From an uncultured Erysipelothrix sp. (lineage in GTDB: Bacteria; Bacillota_I; Bacilli_A; Erysipelotrichales; Erysipelotrichaceae), in NCBI GenBank assembly GCA_964432505.1, contig CAYSNT010000001.1, positions 1-33,805 on the forward strand: a DNA stretch of 33,805 nucleotides. Reading direction: 5' to 3'. Within the stretch, counting starts at the first letter, position 1; each line of letters opens with the position of its first letter. The position numbers and the translations under genes are program-made. The notes beneath the pieces are model-generated. The model had not been told where the DNA came from, made no database searches, and saw only the letters and a program-made list of their open reading frames with translations. Below are positions 1 through 12,565 of the stretch, piece by piece.

Positions 1-9
1 CTCTTCACA

Positions 10-38
10 TTGACTTATCACTTGTTTTTTGTTAGAAT
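10..38 (+). promoter_or_regulatory. Candidate sigma-A promoter for rpoB: -35 TTGACT (10-15), 17-nt spacer, extended -10 TGtTAGAAT (30-38)
   Basis: Hexamers and spacing were read directly. It lies about 80 nt upstream of the rpoB ATG. It sits at the window edge, so the upstream context is unknown. Confidence 0.5.
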
Positions 39-119
39 AATAAATTGCTTAATCAAAATTTATAATAGGGGATTCATACCCTTTTACGATTTTGGTTGCT
101 TTGGGAAAGGAAGGCTTGC

Positions 120-3100
120 ATGAGTATTAAACAGTCATATCGCCTGACAAAATTTGGTAGTAAAGCACAACGTCGAGATTATTCAAAAGTCTCGGGAGAA
201 CACGATTTACCCAATCTAGTAGAAATCCAAACCGATTCATTTGATTGGTTTAAACAAACAGGAATTAAAGAGGTTTTTGATGAGATTTATCCAATCGAAA
301 ACTACAATAAAAACATTAAGCTTGAGTTCCTTGATTATTGGTTTGAAAAACCTAAATATGACGTTCTAGAATGTAAAATCAGAGAGGCAAACTATGCCGC
401 TCCTTTACGTGCGAAAATGAAGTTAACTATTTTGGATTCACAAACCAAAGAACTTATTGAGAAAGTGGAAGAAATCTTCTTAGGAGATTTCCCTCTTATG
501 ACTGAAGCAGGGACCTTCATTGTGAATGGTGCTGAGCGTGTCATTGTATCTCAAATTGTTCGCTCTCCTGGTGCATACTATGAGCTTACCACTGAAGATA
601 AAACTAACAAGGAAATCTTCATGGCTGAAGTCATCCCATCACGTGGGACGTGGTTAGAATTTTTAACTGATGCTCGTAAACAAGCATTAGGACGAATTGT
701 TAACATGCGAGTGGATCGCAAACGTAAGATCCTTTCCACTATTCTATTAAAAGCCATTGGATTATCCTTAGATTTAGAAAAAGGTGAAGATGGACTTGAA
801 ACGCAAGGTTTCAAACAGTTTTTACGTTCTTTAAATTTACCTGTTCACGAGGATTTAGAAGTTCTTTCTGAACAACGTGAATTCTTAAATCAATATATCT
901 TACTTTACTCTGCTTATTTTGGTCATTACGAAGAAATCGCAAACACCTTGGTAAGTGATAAAGTCAAAACAACGCAAGAAGCGATGTTGTCTTTGTATGA
1001 AAATCAACGTTCTGATGAAGTTGCTACCTTAGATGGTGCAATCAATTTACTCAATGCGAAATTCTTTGACTATCGTCGTTATGACTTAACCAAAGCGGGT
1101 CGATATAAACTGAATAAAAAATTAGCAGCTGCGAATCGTGCTGAAGGCCATGTGCTGAATCAAGATGTGGTGGATCATCAAGGTGAAGTTGTTATTGAAA
1201 AAGGAACCCGTGTTACACGTCAAGTTCGTAATCAATTGCGTGAAGTTTTAAGTGCCGGTCACTACATGAGTGCTTTCCCACTCAATCATTTATTCTCACA
1301 TCCTGATACGGTTAGCGTATCTCCAAGTCTTAACTTAGCGTTAAGACGTCGTGTTGTAGCGAGTGATATCATTCTACCTACAGGAGAAATTATTGAACGT
1401 GGAACGGTCTTAACAGATCATGACATTGCGGCTGTTGCTTCCTTAGACTCCATTCAAGTCTTAGGTGGTTTAATTGCCAATGAAGTGTCTGTGGATGCTA
1501 ACAACTTACGCTCAGTACTCAACTATGGACAACGTTTATTTGTCCTTAACCGTATCCTAGTGGATGGTGTAGACTTCAGTGTGGATGATAAATTGGTTGT
1601 GAAGCCGTATTCATTCCTTTCTGAATCTAAGGAAAAAATTGCTCCTCTTTCCACAAAACATACTGAAGCTTTATTGAAACTTGCCTTAGAAGGCCGTGAT
1701 ATTAAAGTGTATCTTGTCGGTGCTGGGGTTCAAGAACTTCGTGTATTAGTGGAAGATTCTGACCATGAAGTGAAGATTTGTGGTATTGATCCACTTTCTC
1801 ATGCGAAGACCGTCACGGTTTCTGACATGATTGTTTCCTTCTCTTACCTCTTTAATATGTTTGATGGGGTTGGAGATGTTGATGACATTGACCAATTAGG
1901 TAACCGTCGTATTCGTACTGTAGGTGAACTGATTCAAAACCAATTCCGTATTGGGTTGTCTCGTATGGAGCGTGTGGTTAAAGAAAGAATGTCGATCACT
2001 GAGGTTGCAGCGTTAACACCTAAAAACCTTACCAACATTCGACCATTAACCGCTTCGATTAAAGAATTCTTCTCATCTTCTCAATTGTCTCAATTCATGG
2101 ATCAAACCAATCCATTGGCGGAGTTAACCAACAAACGTCGTATTTCTGCTTTAGGACCTGGTGGTCTAACGCGTGAGCGTGCAGGATATGAGGTGCGTGA
2201 CGTTCATTCCTCTCACTATGGTCGTATTTGTCCAATTGAAACTCCAGAAGGACCAAACATTGGTCTAATCTCAAATTTAACGACATATGGTCGTGTGAAT
2301 GAATATGGATTTATTCAAACGCCATATCGTAAAGTCAATCCTGATTTCACTGTTTCTGATGAAGTGGTGTATCTATCCTCAGATGATGAATACGATTATG
2401 TTATTGCGCAAGCGAACGAGGTTGTTAATCGTCGTTTAGTCAATGATCGTGTTGTGGTTCGTCATAAAGGTGAAAACGTCATCATGCCTAAAGAAATGGT
2501 TGAACTTGCGGACGTCTCTCCTAAGCAAATTGTTTCTGTCGCGACTGCGGCGATTCCATTCTTAGAAAACGATGATGCTTCTCGTGCCCTTATGGGTGCC
2601 AACATGCAACGTCAAGCGATTCCTTTAATCAAGCCTGATTCTCCATTTGTGGGAACAGGAATTGAATATCGTGTTGCGAAAGACTCAGGAAGTGCGCTTA
2701 CTTCGAAAGTTGAAGGGGTTGTTTCCTATGTTGATGGTAAAAAAATTATTATCAGCAGTGATGAAGGGGATGTCGTTCATACCTTACAGAAATTCCGTCG
2801 TTCCAACCAAGGAACTTCGATTAACCAAAAACCAATTGTGGTGAAAGGGGATCGTGTTGTTAAGGGAGAAATCCTTGCGGATGGTCCTGCAATGCAAAAT
2901 GGTGAGTTGGCTTTAGGTCAAAACGTCACGATTGCCTTCATGACGTGGTATGGTTATAACTATGAAGATGCGGTCATCATGAGTGAGCGCTTAGTGAAAG
3001 AAGATGTGTATACTTCAATTCATATTGAAGAATACGACATTGAAATTCGTGATACTAAACTAGGACCTGAGGAAATCACACGTGATATTCCTAACGTCTC

Positions 3101-4253
3101 AGAAAATGCATGCCGTCACCTCACTGCTGAGGGGATTGTCATGATTGGTTCTGAAGTGAAAGAAGGGGATGTCTTAGTGGGTAAAGTGACTCCTAAGGGT
3201 CAATCTGAAATCACTCCAGAAGAAAAATTACTTTTAGCTATCTTTGGTGAAAAATCACGTGAAGTGCGTGATAATTCCTTAAAAGTTCCTCATGGTGGGA
3301 ATGGGATTGTCCAAGATGTGAAGCGATTCACTCGTAAAGACGGGCATGATTTACCTCCAGGAGTGAATGAGATTGTTAAGGTCTTGATTGTTCAAAAACG
3401 TAAGATCTCTGAAGGGGATAAAATGGCGGGTCGCCACGGGAATAAAGGGGTTATCTCTAAGATTCTACCGGTTGAAGATATGCCATTCCTTCCAGATGGA
3501 ACTGCGATTGATATTATGTTGAACCCATTTGGGGTACCATCTCGTATGAACATTGGGCAAGTGCTTGAAATTCATTTGGGTATGGCTGCTAAAAAATTGG
3601 GTGTGAAATTTGCTACGCCAGTCTTTGATGGCATCAATAACGATGAACTTAAAGCAATCATGGCTGAAGCACAAATGGCTGATGATGGTAAGACGATTTT
3701 ATACGATGGTCGTACTGGTGAAGCCTTTGATGAGCGTATCTCTGTGGGAGTCATGTACATGATTAAGTTGGCTCACATGGTTGATGATAAACTGCATGCT
3801 CGTGCAACAGGACCTTATTCCTTAGTGACTCAACAACCGTTGGGTGGTAAGGCTCAAAATGGGGGACAACGTTTTGGTGAGATGGAAGTATGGGCACTTG
3901 AAGCTTATGGTGCATCCCGTGCTTTACAAGAAATCTTAACGATTAAATCGGATGATATCTTAGGTCGAACGAAGACGTATGAAGCCATCATTAAAGGTAA
4001 AGACATTCCAGAAGCATCCATTCCTGAATCCTTCAGAGTATTAACGCATGAGCTTCAAGCACTTGCGATTGATGTGAAACTCTTGGGTGAAGCAGGTGGA
4101 GAAATTGATCTGAAGAAGATGAATGCGGAAGAAGTTGAAGTGCTTGCCGATATTGAAGCTCGCAGTGAAATCGAAACACTTTACAGCGTGGATGAGGATG
4201 AAATTCCTGCGCCTGCTGTAGATGTAGATATCGATGATGAATTGGATAACTAA
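120..4253 (+). CDS. rpoB: DNA-directed RNA polymerase subunit beta
   Basis: Translation carries canonical beta motifs ([78 protein letters not shown]). The ATG at 120 follows the SD GGAAAGGAAGG. The TTG at 96 in the track is probably an upstream in-frame artefact. Confidence 0.97.
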   Translation: MSIKQSYRLTKFGSKAQRRDYSKVSGEHDLPNLVEIQTDSFDWFKQTGIKEVFDEIYPIENYNKNIKLEFLDYWFEKPKYDVLECKIREANYAAPLRAKMKLTILDSQTKELIEKVEEIFLGDFPLMTEAGTFIVNGAERVIVSQIVRSPGAYYELTTEDKTNKEIFMAEVIPSRGTWLEFLTDARKQALGRIVNMRVDRKRKILSTILLKAIGLSLDLEKGEDGLETQGFKQFLRSLNLPVHEDLEVLSEQREFLNQYILLYSAYFGHYEEIANTLVSDKVKTTQEAMLSLYENQRSDEVATLDGAINLLNAKFFDYRRYDLTKAGRYKLNKKLAAANRAEGHVLNQDVVDHQGEVVIEKGTRVTRQVRNQLREVLSAGHYMSAFPLNHLFSHPDTVSVSPSLNLALRRRVVASDIILPTGEIIERGTVLTDHDIAAVASLDSIQVLGGLIANEVSVDANNLRSVLNYGQRLFVLNRILVDGVDFSVDDKLVVKPYSFLSESKEKIAPLSTKHTEALLKLALEGRDIKVYLVGAGVQELRVLVEDSDHEVKICGIDPLSHAKTVTVSDMIVSFSYLFNMFDGVGDVDDIDQLGNRRIRTVGELIQNQFRIGLSRMERVVKERMSITEVAALTPKNLTNIRPLTASIKEFFSSSQLSQFMDQTNPLAELTNKRRISALGPGGLTRERAGYEVRDVHSSHYGRICPIETPEGPNIGLISNLTTYGRVNEYGFIQTPYRKVNPDFTVSDEVVYLSSDDEYDYVIAQANEVVNRRLVNDRVVVRHKGENVIMPKEMVELADVSPKQIVSVATAAIPFLENDDASRALMGANMQRQAIPLIKPDSPFVGTGIEYRVAKDSGSALTSKVEGVVSYVDGKKIIISSDEGDVVHTLQKFRRSNQGTSINQKPIVVKGDRVVKGEILADGPAMQNGELALGQNVTIAFMTWYGYNYEDAVIMSERLVKEDVYTSIHIEEYDIEIRDTKLGPEEITRDIPNVSENACRHLTAEGIVMIGSEVKEGDVLVGKVTPKGQSEITPEEKLLLAIFGEKSREVRDNSLKVPHGGNGIVQDVKRFTRKDGHDLPPGVNEIVKVLIVQKRKISEGDKMAGRHGNKGVISKILPVEDMPFLPDGTAIDIMLNPFGVPSRMNIGQVLEIHLGMAAKKLGVKFATPVFDGINNDELKAIMAEAQMADDGKTILYDGRTGEAFDERISVGVMYMIKLAHMVDDKLHARATGPYSLVTQQPLGGKAQNGGQRFGEMEVWALEAYGASRALQEILTIKSDDILGRTKTYEAIIKGKDIPEASIPESFRVLTHELQALAIDVKLLGEAGGEIDLKKMNAEEVEVLADIEARSEIETLYSVDEDEIPAPAVDVDIDDELDN

Positions 4254-4268
4254 CAAAGGAGGCTCAGT

Positions 4269-7200
4269 ATGTCAGTCAATCATTTTGCCTCGATTCAAAT
4301 TGGATTAGCATCACCAGAACGTATCCGTGATTGGTCGTATGGTATTGTAACCAAACCTGAAACGATTAACTATCGTTCACAAAAACCTGAACCAGATGGT
4401 TTATTCTGTGAACGTATTTTCGGTCCATCCAAGGACTGGGAATGTCATTGTGGTAAATATAAAAAAGTAAGATACAAAGGTGTTATTTGTGACAAGTGTG
4501 GTGTAGAAGTCACTAAATCCAACGTTCGTCGTGAACGTATGGGTAGCATTGAACTTGCTGCACCAGTGGCACACATTTGGTACTTACGTGGTATTCCATC
4601 ACGCATGAGTTTACTGCTTAACATTCCTCCAAAACAACTTGAAGAAGTGGTTTACTTCGTATCATGGGTTGTCACTGATCCTAAAGGGACTAACCTTGAT
4701 TACAAACAAATCATTTCTGAGAAAGAACTACGTGAATACAACGAACAGTATGGTCGTGGTAGTTTCGTAGCACAAAGTGGAGCTGAAGCGGTTAAAACCT
4801 TGCTTACTCAACTTGATTTAACTTCAGAACATGCCAAGATCATTAAAGATTTAGAAGGCGCAGTGAATGAGAAACGTAAGAAACTCATCAAACGTCTTGA
4901 GACGGTCGATGCGTTCATACACTCTGATAATGAACCTTCATGGATGGTCTTGGATGTGCTTCCTGTCATTCCACCTGATTTAAGACCAATGCTTCAATTG
5001 GATGGTGGACGTTTTGCCTCCAGTGATTTAAACGATCTTTATCGTCGTGTTATTACACGTAACAATCGTCTTCGTAAACTCTTAGATCTTGGAACGCCTG
5101 CGATTATCGTTCAAAACGAAAAGCGTATGCTTCAAGAAGCAGTGGATGCACTCATTGACAATGGACGTCGTGCTAAACCGATTACTGGGGCTGGTGGACG
5201 TGCATTGAAATCATTGTCTCACTCACTTAAAGGGAAACAAGGTCGATTCCGTCAAAACTTACTTGGTAAACGTGTTGACTTCTCTGGTCGTTCTGTTATT
5301 GCGGTTGGACCAGATCTTAAGATGTTTGAATGTGGTTTACCTCGTGAAATGGCAATTCAACTCTTTAAACCGTTCGTCATTAATCAAATCGTGGCTGATG
5401 GTATCGCCAACAACCCTAAAACAGCTGAAAAGCTGATTGATCGTCAAGATGCTCGTGCATGGGACATCGTTGAGCGTGTGATTGAACATCACCCCGTCTT
5501 GTTGAACCGTGCTCCTACACTACACAGACTTGGGATTCAAGCGTTCTTCCCTAAACTGGTTGATGGTCGTGCCATTCGTCTTCACCCGCTTGTAACGCCT
5601 GCTTTTAACGCTGACTTTGACGGTGACCAAATGGCGGTTCACGTCCCTTTATCGGAAGAAGCTCGTGCAGAAGCAGAAATTCTTATGCTTGGTTCCAACA
5701 ACATCCTTGGTCCTAAAGATGGTAAACCTATTGTTACTCCATCTCAAGACATGGTGTTGGGTAACTTCTTCCTTAACATGGAAGAAAAAGCAAGTGAATT
5801 CCTTGCTAAAGCAGTATACCTTCGTTCCATCAATGATCACGAAGGGGCAGATATTCATGAGCGTTATGCTGCCAATGAAGGGAAGGTCTTTAAAGACTTT
5901 AATGAAGCCCTCATTGCCTATGAAAATAAGCAAATCCATTTACATTCACAAATTGCGGTGAAAGCATCTTCTTTAAAGAAAGAAGGCTTCACTCCAACTC
6001 AAAATCGTTCTTATTTAGTCACTACAGTGGGTAAACTGATCTTCAACGAAATGTTTCCTAGTGACTTCCCATACCTCAATGAAGTGTCCAAGGCTAACTT
6101 CAGTGCTACACCTGACAAATACTTCATACAACCGGGTAGTGATGTGAAGAGCATCATCAATGGAATGGGGATTGCTCCTGAGTTTAAGAAGAAAGATATT
6201 GGATTGATCATTGCGGAAATCTTCTCTCGTTATGAAACGAAGAAGACGTCTGAAATTCTAGACAACATCAAGGACTTAGGCTTTAAGTACTCAACATTTG
6301 CAGGGATGACGGTTTCCTTAGCTGACATTAACGTGGCTCCTTCTAAAGCGAAATTCGTGGAAGAAGGGAAGAAGAGTGCGGATGAACTTGTTCGTTTACT
6401 CAAACGTGGTCGTTTAACGGCTTGGGAATATGAGCGTCACTTAACTTCCTTATGGGATCGTGTGAAAGCAGACATTGGGGATGAACTCATGAAAGAGCTA
6501 CCTCGTAAAAACCCAATTAACATGATGGCCGTATCTGGTGCTCGTGGTAACCGTTCTCACTTTACTCAATTAGCAGGTATGCGTGGATTGATGGCAAAAC
6601 CAACCCAATCTAAATCCAAAAAAGAATACCAATCCTCAATTATTGAGGTGCCAATTTACAGTTCTTTCCGTGAAGGGCTCAACGTCAGTGAATTCTTTAT
6701 TTCCACCCACGGTGTGCGTAAAGGATTAACAGATACAGCCTTAAAAACTGCGGAATCTGGATACTTAACGCGTCGTTTAGTTGACGTTGCGCAAGATGTG
6801 GTGATCTCAGAAGAAGATTGCTTCACCGATCGTGGCTACTTAGTTGGAGAGATTGTGGATCGTAAGACCAACTCTACTATCGAACCACTTTATGATCGTC
6901 TTGTGGGACGTTTTGCGAAAGAAGCCATTGTTCATCCTAAAACAGGTGAAGTGCTTGTGGAAGAAGATGAATACATGGATGATGCGAAAGCCCGTAAGGT
7001 GCAAGAATCAGGGGTCAAAGAAGTTTACATTCGTAACGTCTTCACCTGTGAGTCCACTTATGGTATTTGTAAGAAATGTTATGGTCGCAACATGGCGACA
7101 GGTCGTTTAGTTGAAATTGGTGAAGCTGTAGGAATCATGGCCGCTCAATCCATTGGGGAACCAGGAACTCAGCTTACCATGCGTACCTTCCATACTGGAG

Positions 7201-8075
7201 GGGTTGCGGCAGCTGAAGGACAAGATATCACTCAAGGTTTACCTCGTGTTGAAGAACTCTTTGAAGCTCGTGCTCCAAAAGTTTCTGCGGTGCTTTCAAA
7301 AATTGATGGTGTCATTTCTGAAATTGTATTGCCTGATTCTGTGGGTGGTAAGATTAAAGTAGTGGTCTCCAATGACAATGAATCGATTGAACATGATGTG
7401 GAACCAAACCAAAACATTCGTTCTTGGCTAAAAGTAGGATCAGAGCTTGTTGCGGGAGATAAGATTACTGAAGGACAAGTTAATCCTAAGGAACTCTTGG
7501 AAGTTGCTGGGGTCAATGAAGTTCAAAACTACATTCTTAAAGAAGTTAAAAAGGTGTATGCATCCCAAGGGATTGAAATTTCAGATAAACACGTTGAAGT
7601 CATGATTCGTCAAATGTTGCGTAAAGTCATCATTATTGACGGACAAGATACAACACTAAGCCCTGGTATTCAATTATCCCTTCCTGTCATCACCAACTTG
7701 AACCGTCAGTCTTTACTTGAAGGCAAACGCCCCGCGATCTTTAAACCAGCATTACTAGGGATTTCGAAAGCTTCAGTTGAAACGGATTCCTTCTTATCAG
7801 CAGCGTCATTCCAAGAAACCACTAAAGTGTTAACGGATGCTGCCATTAAAGGTAAGATTGATCCACTGAAAGGTCTTAAAGAGAACGTCATTATCGGTAA
7901 ACGCATCCCTGCGGGAACAGGTTCTACAGCGTATCGCACAAGTTCAGAAGACATTAAAGAATTAACGAATTACTTGATTGAAGAACGTCTTGAGCGTAAT
8001 CGTCAAAGCGAAGAATTTATTCCACTTCCGGATGAAATGATTCGTGAATCGGATTCCGATTTCGATAACGACTAG
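4269..8075 (+). CDS. rpoC: DNA-directed RNA polymerase subunit beta'
   Basis: It has the Zn-binding CHCGKYKK...CDKCGVEV motif, the catalytic [12 protein letters not shown] motif and the trigger-loop/bridge-helix regions. SD AAAGGAGG lies 6 nt upstream. Confidence 0.98.
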   Translation: MSVNHFASIQIGLASPERIRDWSYGIVTKPETINYRSQKPEPDGLFCERIFGPSKDWECHCGKYKKVRYKGVICDKCGVEVTKSNVRRERMGSIELAAPVAHIWYLRGIPSRMSLLLNIPPKQLEEVVYFVSWVVTDPKGTNLDYKQIISEKELREYNEQYGRGSFVAQSGAEAVKTLLTQLDLTSEHAKIIKDLEGAVNEKRKKLIKRLETVDAFIHSDNEPSWMVLDVLPVIPPDLRPMLQLDGGRFASSDLNDLYRRVITRNNRLRKLLDLGTPAIIVQNEKRMLQEAVDALIDNGRRAKPITGAGGRALKSLSHSLKGKQGRFRQNLLGKRVDFSGRSVIAVGPDLKMFECGLPREMAIQLFKPFVINQIVADGIANNPKTAEKLIDRQDARAWDIVERVIEHHPVLLNRAPTLHRLGIQAFFPKLVDGRAIRLHPLVTPAFNADFDGDQMAVHVPLSEEARAEAEILMLGSNNILGPKDGKPIVTPSQDMVLGNFFLNMEEKASEFLAKAVYLRSINDHEGADIHERYAANEGKVFKDFNEALIAYENKQIHLHSQIAVKASSLKKEGFTPTQNRSYLVTTVGKLIFNEMFPSDFPYLNEVSKANFSATPDKYFIQPGSDVKSIINGMGIAPEFKKKDIGLIIAEIFSRYETKKTSEILDNIKDLGFKYSTFAGMTVSLADINVAPSKAKFVEEGKKSADELVRLLKRGRLTAWEYERHLTSLWDRVKADIGDELMKELPRKNPINMMAVSGARGNRSHFTQLAGMRGLMAKPTQSKSKKEYQSSIIEVPIYSSFREGLNVSEFFISTHGVRKGLTDTALKTAESGYLTRRLVDVAQDVVISEEDCFTDRGYLVGEIVDRKTNSTIEPLYDRLVGRFAKEAIVHPKTGEVLVEEDEYMDDAKARKVQESGVKEVYIRNVFTCESTYGICKKCYGRNMATGRLVEIGEAVGIMAAQSIGEPGTQLTMRTFHTGGVAAAEGQDITQGLPRVEELFEARAPKVSAVLSKIDGVISEIVLPDSVGGKIKVVVSNDNESIEHDVEPNQNIRSWLKVGSELVAGDKITEGQVNPKELLEVAGVNEVQNYILKEVKKVYASQGIEISDKHVEVMIRQMLRKVIIIDGQDTTLSPGIQLSLPVITNLNRQSLLEGKRPAIFKPALLGISKASVETDSFLSAASFQETTKVLTDAAIKGKIDPLKGLKENVIIGKRIPAGTGSTAYRTSSEDIKELTNYLIEERLERNRQSEEFIPLPDEMIRESDSDFDND

Positions 8076-8077
8076 TC

Positions 8078-8106
8078 TTGACAATTCATTAAAAAGACTA
8101 TAAAAT
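8078..8106 (+). promoter_or_regulatory. Sigma-A promoter of the str operon: -35 TTGACA (8078-8083), 17-nt spacer, -10 TAAAAT (8101-8106)
   Basis: The -35 is a perfect consensus and the spacing is optimal. It starts immediately after the rpoC stop. Confidence 0.65.
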
Positions 8107-8110
8107 ACTT

Positions 8111-8204
8111 AAGGATATTCAAAGGAGGTTTCCTGGTGACAGGAAACCATCCTTATTGAAGAATATGGCACACCAGGAAGTGTGTGAGAAAGGAGAATAA
8201 CTTC
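8111..8204 (+). promoter_or_regulatory. Structured 5' leader of rpsL
   Basis: Inner hairpin GGTTTCCTG(8127-8135)/GTGA loop/CAGGAAACC(8140-8148) is extended by AAGGAT(8111-8116)/ATCCTT(8149-8154). A second hairpin is CACAC(8169-8173)/GTGTG(8182-8186). An alternative 9-nt pairing is TTCCTGGTG(8130-8138) with CACCAGGAA(8171-8179). All were read by eye and none were folded computationally. Confidence 0.4.
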
Positions 8205-8624
8205 ATGCCTACAATGAATCAATTGGTCCGTGCTGGACGCTCTAGCAAAGTAACGAAGTCAAAATCACCTGCGCTTAACCGTGGTTTGAATACTTTGATC
8301 AAAGAACCTACAGTGATTTCATCCCCTCAAAAACGTGGGGTATGTACTCGTGTTGGTACAATGACACCAAAGAAACCAAACTCAGCGCTACGTAAATACG
8401 CTCGTGTTCGCTTAAGCAACCAAATGGAAGTGACTGCTTACATTCCAGGAATCGGTCATAACTTACAGGAACACAGTGTGGTGCTTATCCGTGGAGGTCG
8501 TGTTAAAGACTTACCAGGGGTTCGTTACCATATCATTCGTGGAACATTAGACTGTGCAGGAGTAAACAACCGTAAACAAGGTCGTTCACTCTATGGTACT
8601 AAAAAGCCAAAAGCCGCTAAATAA
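8205..8624 (+). CDS. rpsL: 30S ribosomal protein S12
   Basis: It begins MPTMNQLVR and contains [18 protein letters not shown] lies upstream of the ATG at 8205. The track start at 8184 (GTG) adds 7 non-homologous residues. Confidence 0.97.
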   Translation: MPTMNQLVRAGRSSKVTKSKSPALNRGLNTLIKEPTVISSPQKRGVCTRVGTMTPKKPNSALRKYARVRLSNQMEVTAYIPGIGHNLQEHSVVLIRGGRVKDLPGVRYHIIRGTLDCAGVNNRKQGRSLYGTKKPKAAK

Positions 8625-8649
8625 GCATTAATCTGAAAGGAGAACAATC

Positions 8650-9120
8650 ATGCCAAGAAAAGGTTTTATAGCAAAAAGAGATGTATTGGTCGATCCAATC
8701 TACAACTCAAAATTGGTAACTCGCCTCATTAACAAAATCATGATTGATGGCAAACGCGGTGTAGCTCAATCTATTCTCTACAACGCATTTGAAATCATTG
8801 AAGAAAAAACAGGTCGTGAACCAATGGAAGTGTTTGAAAAAGCACTTGGAAACGTCATGCCAATGTTAGAACTTAAAGCACGTCGTGTTGGGGGATCTAA
8901 CTACCAAGTTCCAGTTGAAGTTTCAGCGGAACGTAAATTAACCTTAGGACTTCGTTGGGTCGTCAACTATGCACGCCTTCGTAATGAAAAAACGATGGAA
9001 ATGCGCTTAGCAAACGAAATCATCGATGCAGCTAATGGTACTGGTGGATCAGTCAAGAAACGTGAAGATATTCACCGTATGGCTGAAGCAAACAAAGCCT
9101 TTGCCCACTATCGTTTTTAA
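8650..9120 (+). CDS. rpsG: 30S ribosomal protein S7
   Basis: It begins MPRKG and contains [22 protein letters not shown], typical of S7. Its position after rpsL is conserved. Confidence 0.97.
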   Translation: MPRKGFIAKRDVLVDPIYNSKLVTRLINKIMIDGKRGVAQSILYNAFEIIEEKTGREPMEVFEKALGNVMPMLELKARRVGGSNYQVPVEVSAERKLTLGLRWVVNYARLRNEKTMEMRLANEIIDAANGTGGSVKKREDIHRMAEANKAFAHYRF

Positions 9121-9146
9121 TCCACATTTAGAAAGGAAGGAACTAT

Positions 9147-11228
9147 ATGGCTCGCGAGTTTACCTTACAAAAAACGCGTAATATTGGCATTATGGCCCAT
9201 ATTGACGCTGGGAAAACCACGACGACCGAACGTATCTTGTTTTATACAGGACGCGCTCATAAAATTGGTGAAACCCATGATGGTGCTTCCACGATGGACT
9301 GGATGGCTCAGGAGAAGGAACGTGGTATTACCATTACTTCTGCAGCAACCACAGCGTCTTGGAATAATCATCGTATCAATATCATTGATACTCCAGGCCA
9401 CGTCGACTTTACAGTCGAGGTGGAACGTTCACTTCGTGTTCTAGATGGTGCCGTTGCGGTACTGGATGCGAAAAGCGGTGTTGAACCACAAACCGAAACT
9501 GTGTGGCGTCAAGCTACCAAATACAATGTCCCTCGTATTGTCTTTGTCAATAAGATGGATGCAACTGGAGCTGATTTCTACATGTCAGTTCGTACCATTG
9601 GATCTCGTTTAGCAGCTAAAGCTGCTCCAATTCAACTTCCAATTGGTGTTGAAGCTGATTTTGATGGGGTTATTGACCTGATCGAAATGAATGCACGTTA
9701 TTTCCAAGATGTTGCGCTTAAAGTGGATCTTATCAAAGAGATTCCAGCCAACATGGTTGAAGCTGCTCATGAATATCGTGCAAAACTACTTGAAGCGATT
9801 GCGGATTATGATGAAGATGTCATGATGGCTGTGCTTGAAGGTGAAGAACCAACAAAAGAGCAAATCAAAGGAGCAATCCGTAAAGGTGTTCTTACTGGAG
9901 AATTCTTCCCAGTCTTAGCTGGTGCTGCTTATAAGAATAAAGGTATTACAGCCATGCTTGATGCGGTTGTAGATTACCTTCCTTCTCCGTTGGATATTCC
10001 GGCGATCAAGGGTGTTCTTCCTAGTGGTGAAGAAGCTGTACGTGAAGCGGATGATTCTGCTCCATTCTCAGCGTTAGCATTCAAAATCATGACTGACCCA
10101 TTTGTAGGTCGCTTAACTTACTTTAGAGTTTACTCAGGACACTTATCTTCTGGTAACTATGTCTACAACTCCACAAAAGGCAAACGTGAACGTTTCGGTC
10201 GTATCATGCAAATGCATGCGAACCACCGTGAGGAAATCACAGATGTCTATGCTGGCGATATTGCCGCAGCGATTGGACTTAAAGACACCATTACAGGAGA
10301 TACACTGTGTGATGAGAAACAAGCCATTATCCTAGAATCCATGGTGTTCCCTGAGCCGGTAATTAACGTGGCGATTGAACCTAAATCCAAGGGTGATCAA
10401 GATAAGATGGGCTTAGCCTTAAGCAAACTTGCGGAAGAAGATCCAACCTTTAAAACATACACAGACCAAGAAACAGGTCAAACCATCATCGCTGGGATGG
10501 GTGAGCTTCACCTTGATATCTTAGTTGATCGTATGAAACGTGAGTTTAAAGTTGAAGCCAATATTGGTGCTCCTCAAGTTGCATATCGTGAAACTATTCG
10601 TTCTGCTGCCGAAGTTGAAGGAAAATTTGTACGTCAATCCGGTGGACGTGGACAATATGGACACGTTAAAGTTCGCTTTGAACCAAATGAAACAGGTAAA
10701 GGATTTGAATTCATTGATGCAGTCATCGGTGGAACTGTGCCAAAAGAGTACATTAAACCTACGATGGAAGGGATTGAAAGCTCATTAAACAATGGTTTAT
10801 TAGCTGGATACCCAATCATTGACATCAAAGCTACCTTGTATGATGGTTCATACCATGAAGTTGACTCCTCAGAAATGGCGTTTAAAGTGGCGGGTTCATT
10901 AGCGCTCAAAGAAGCAGCGAAGAAATGTAATCCAGTTCTCTTAGAACCTGTGATGAATGTTGAGGTTATTGCTCCTGCAGACTACCTTGGTAGTGTGATG
11001 GGGGATGTCTCCTCACGTCGTGGACAAATCAAAGATCAAGAAGAGCGTGGAAATGCAGTCGCAGTGACAGCATTCATCCCATTATCTGAAATGTTTGGTT
11101 ACGCGACAGACTTACGTTCCTTTACTCAAGGACGTGGTAGTTACTCCATGCAATTTGATCACTACGAGGAAGTTCCACGTAGTATCGCTGAGAAAGTTGC
11201 TAAGAAAAACAACCGCGACTCTCAATAA
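9147..11228 (+). CDS. fusA: Elongation factor G
   Basis: It has the GTPase motifs [17 protein letters not shown] and NKMD, a length of 693 aa and the expected str operon position. Confidence 0.98.
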   Translation: MAREFTLQKTRNIGIMAHIDAGKTTTTERILFYTGRAHKIGETHDGASTMDWMAQEKERGITITSAATTASWNNHRINIIDTPGHVDFTVEVERSLRVLDGAVAVLDAKSGVEPQTETVWRQATKYNVPRIVFVNKMDATGADFYMSVRTIGSRLAAKAAPIQLPIGVEADFDGVIDLIEMNARYFQDVALKVDLIKEIPANMVEAAHEYRAKLLEAIADYDEDVMMAVLEGEEPTKEQIKGAIRKGVLTGEFFPVLAGAAYKNKGITAMLDAVVDYLPSPLDIPAIKGVLPSGEEAVREADDSAPFSALAFKIMTDPFVGRLTYFRVYSGHLSSGNYVYNSTKGKRERFGRIMQMHANHREEITDVYAGDIAAAIGLKDTITGDTLCDEKQAIILESMVFPEPVINVAIEPKSKGDQDKMGLALSKLAEEDPTFKTYTDQETGQTIIAGMGELHLDILVDRMKREFKVEANIGAPQVAYRETIRSAAEVEGKFVRQSGGRGQYGHVKVRFEPNETGKGFEFIDAVIGGTVPKEYIKPTMEGIESSLNNGLLAGYPIIDIKATLYDGSYHEVDSSEMAFKVAGSLALKEAAKKCNPVLLEPVMNVEVIAPADYLGSVMGDVSSRRGQIKDQEERGNAVAVTAFIPLSEMFGYATDLRSFTQGRGSYSMQFDHYEEVPRSIAEKVAKKNNRDSQ

Positions 11229-11231
11229 AGA

Positions 11232-11260
11232 TTGAAAAAGTAGTGAATATCTTATAAAAT
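11232..11260 (+). promoter_or_regulatory. Candidate internal promoter for tuf: -35 TTGAAA (11232-11237), 17-nt spacer, -10 TAAAAT (11255-11260)
   Basis: Hexamers were read directly in the fusA-tuf spacer. The TATAAAAT block is the same as at the rpsL promoter. Confidence 0.45.
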
Positions 11261-11300
11261 GGTTATGCATTAACAAAAATGAAACAGGAGGAATTTTGCA

Positions 11301-12485
11301 ATGGCAAAAGAAAAATTTGACCGGTCGTTAGAGCACGTCAATATCGGTACCATTGGTCACGTTGACCACGGTAAAACAACACTTACAGCAGCAATTACTT
11401 CATACTTAGCTAAATCTGGCGGTGCGAAGAAAAAAGCGTATGATGAAATCGATGGAGCTCCAGAAGAAAAAGCTCGTGGAATCACCATCAATACAGCACA
11501 CGTTGAGTACAAGACTGCAACTCGTCACTATGCTCACGTTGACTGCCCAGGTCACGCTGACTACGTTAAAAACATGATTACTGGTGCGGCTCAAATGGAT
11601 GGAGCAATTCTTGTGGTTGCTGCTACTGATGGACCTATGCCACAAACTCGTGAACACATCCTTTTAGGACGCCAAGTTGGTATTCCTTACATGGTTGTAT
11701 TCTTAAATAAATGTGACATGGTTGATGATGAAGAACTTATCGACCTAGTTGAAATGGAAGTTCGTGAACTTCTAACTGAGTATGGATTTGATGGCGATAA
11801 CGCACCAGTTATCCGTGGCTCTGCTCTTAAAGGTGGAGAAGGCGATCCAGTTTGGGAAGCTAAACTTGGTGAACTTATGGATGCTGTTGACACTTACATC
11901 CCAACTCCAACTCGTGAAGTTGACAAGCCTTTCTTAATGTCAGTAGAAGACGTCTTCACCATCACTGGTCGTGGAACTGTTGCTACTGGACGTGTTGAGC
12001 GTGGTGAAGTTAAGCTTTCAGAAGAAGTTGAAATCGTTGGTATCCGTGACACTCGTAAAACAGTTGTTACAGGTATCGAAATGTTCCGTAAATTATTAGA
12101 CTCAGCTCGTGCTGGTGACAATATTGGTGCATTACTTCGTGGTGTAAACCGTGATGAAGTTGAGCGTGGACAAGTTCTAGCTAAACCTGGATCTGTTAAG
12201 CCACACACTGAATTCACAGCTAACGTGTACGTTCTTTCAAAAGAAGAAGGTGGACGTCATACTCCATTCGTAGCTAACTACCGTCCACAATTCTATTTCC
12301 GTACAACTGACGTAACTGGAGTCATCACTCTTCCTGAAGGTGTTGAAATGGTTATGCCAGGGGATAACGTTGTAATGACTGTTAAACTTATCGCTCCTAT
12401 CGCTGTTGAGCAAGGTACTAAATTCTCCATTCGTGAAGGTGGACGTACTGTAGGCGCTGGTAACGTAGTAGAAATCATTAAGTAA
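11301..12485 (+). CDS. tuf: Elongation factor Tu
   Basis: It has [18 protein letters not shown] and NKCD motifs and a length of 394 aa. SD CAGGAGG lies upstream. Confidence 0.99.
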   Translation: MAKEKFDRSLEHVNIGTIGHVDHGKTTLTAAITSYLAKSGGAKKKAYDEIDGAPEEKARGITINTAHVEYKTATRHYAHVDCPGHADYVKNMITGAAQMDGAILVVAATDGPMPQTREHILLGRQVGIPYMVVFLNKCDMVDDEELIDLVEMEVRELLTEYGFDGDNAPVIRGSALKGGEGDPVWEAKLGELMDAVDTYIPTPTREVDKPFLMSVEDVFTITGRGTVATGRVERGEVKLSEEVEIVGIRDTRKTVVTGIEMFRKLLDSARAGDNIGALLRGVNRDEVERGQVLAKPGSVKPHTEFTANVYVLSKEEGGRHTPFVANYRPQFYFRTTDVTGVITLPEGVEMVMPGDNVVMTVKLIAPIAVEQGTKFSIREGGRTVGAGNVVEIIK

Positions 12486-12494
12486 TTAATCAAG

Positions 12495-12523
12495 CAAGCA
12501 TTCATTGAATGCTTGTTTTTTTG
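12495..12523 (+). terminator. Rho-independent terminator of the str operon
   Basis: Stem CAAGCATTC (12495-12503) pairs with GAATGCTTG (12507-12515) and is followed by a T7 run (12516-12522). Confidence 0.8.
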
Positions 12524-12565
12524 TGCTTTCTTTATGATATGATGATTTAGCAAGGAAGGTTGATT

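Noticed and set aside
61-66. Perfect TATAAT hexamer upstream of rpoB, as a possible second promoter.
   Set aside because: No acceptable -35 lies at 16-18 nt. TTGCTT at 45-50 is only 10 nt away, and the hexamer at 38-43 is TAATAA. The TTGACT/TGtTAGAAT pair at 10-38 is the better call.
96-119. Upstream in-frame non-ATG starts given by the ORF track: 96 for rpoB, 8184 for rpsL, 12560 for the GH13 gene, 21665 for rplF, 29822 for ecfA1 and 32218 for truA.
   Set aside because: In each case a downstream ATG has a properly spaced GGAGG-type SD and begins exactly at the conserved N-terminus of the family. The extensions add non-homologous residues or overlap the preceding gene.
5617-5961. Same-strand alternative-frame ORFs inside rpoC, rpoB, fusA, rplD and others. 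Examples are 5617-5961, 6844-7110, 7153-7362, 2647-2844, 9184-9444, 10540-10788 and 15701-15934.
   Set aside because: They are embedded out of frame in conserved genes. They have no ribosome-binding sites or recognisable domains, and there is no slippery-site or frameshift signal.
8073-8099. Inverted repeat AGTCTT...AAGACT just after the rpoC stop, as a possible rpoC terminator.
   Set aside because: The stem is only 6 bp with a 15-nt loop and no following U-tract. It coincides with the rpsL promoter hexamers and spacer.
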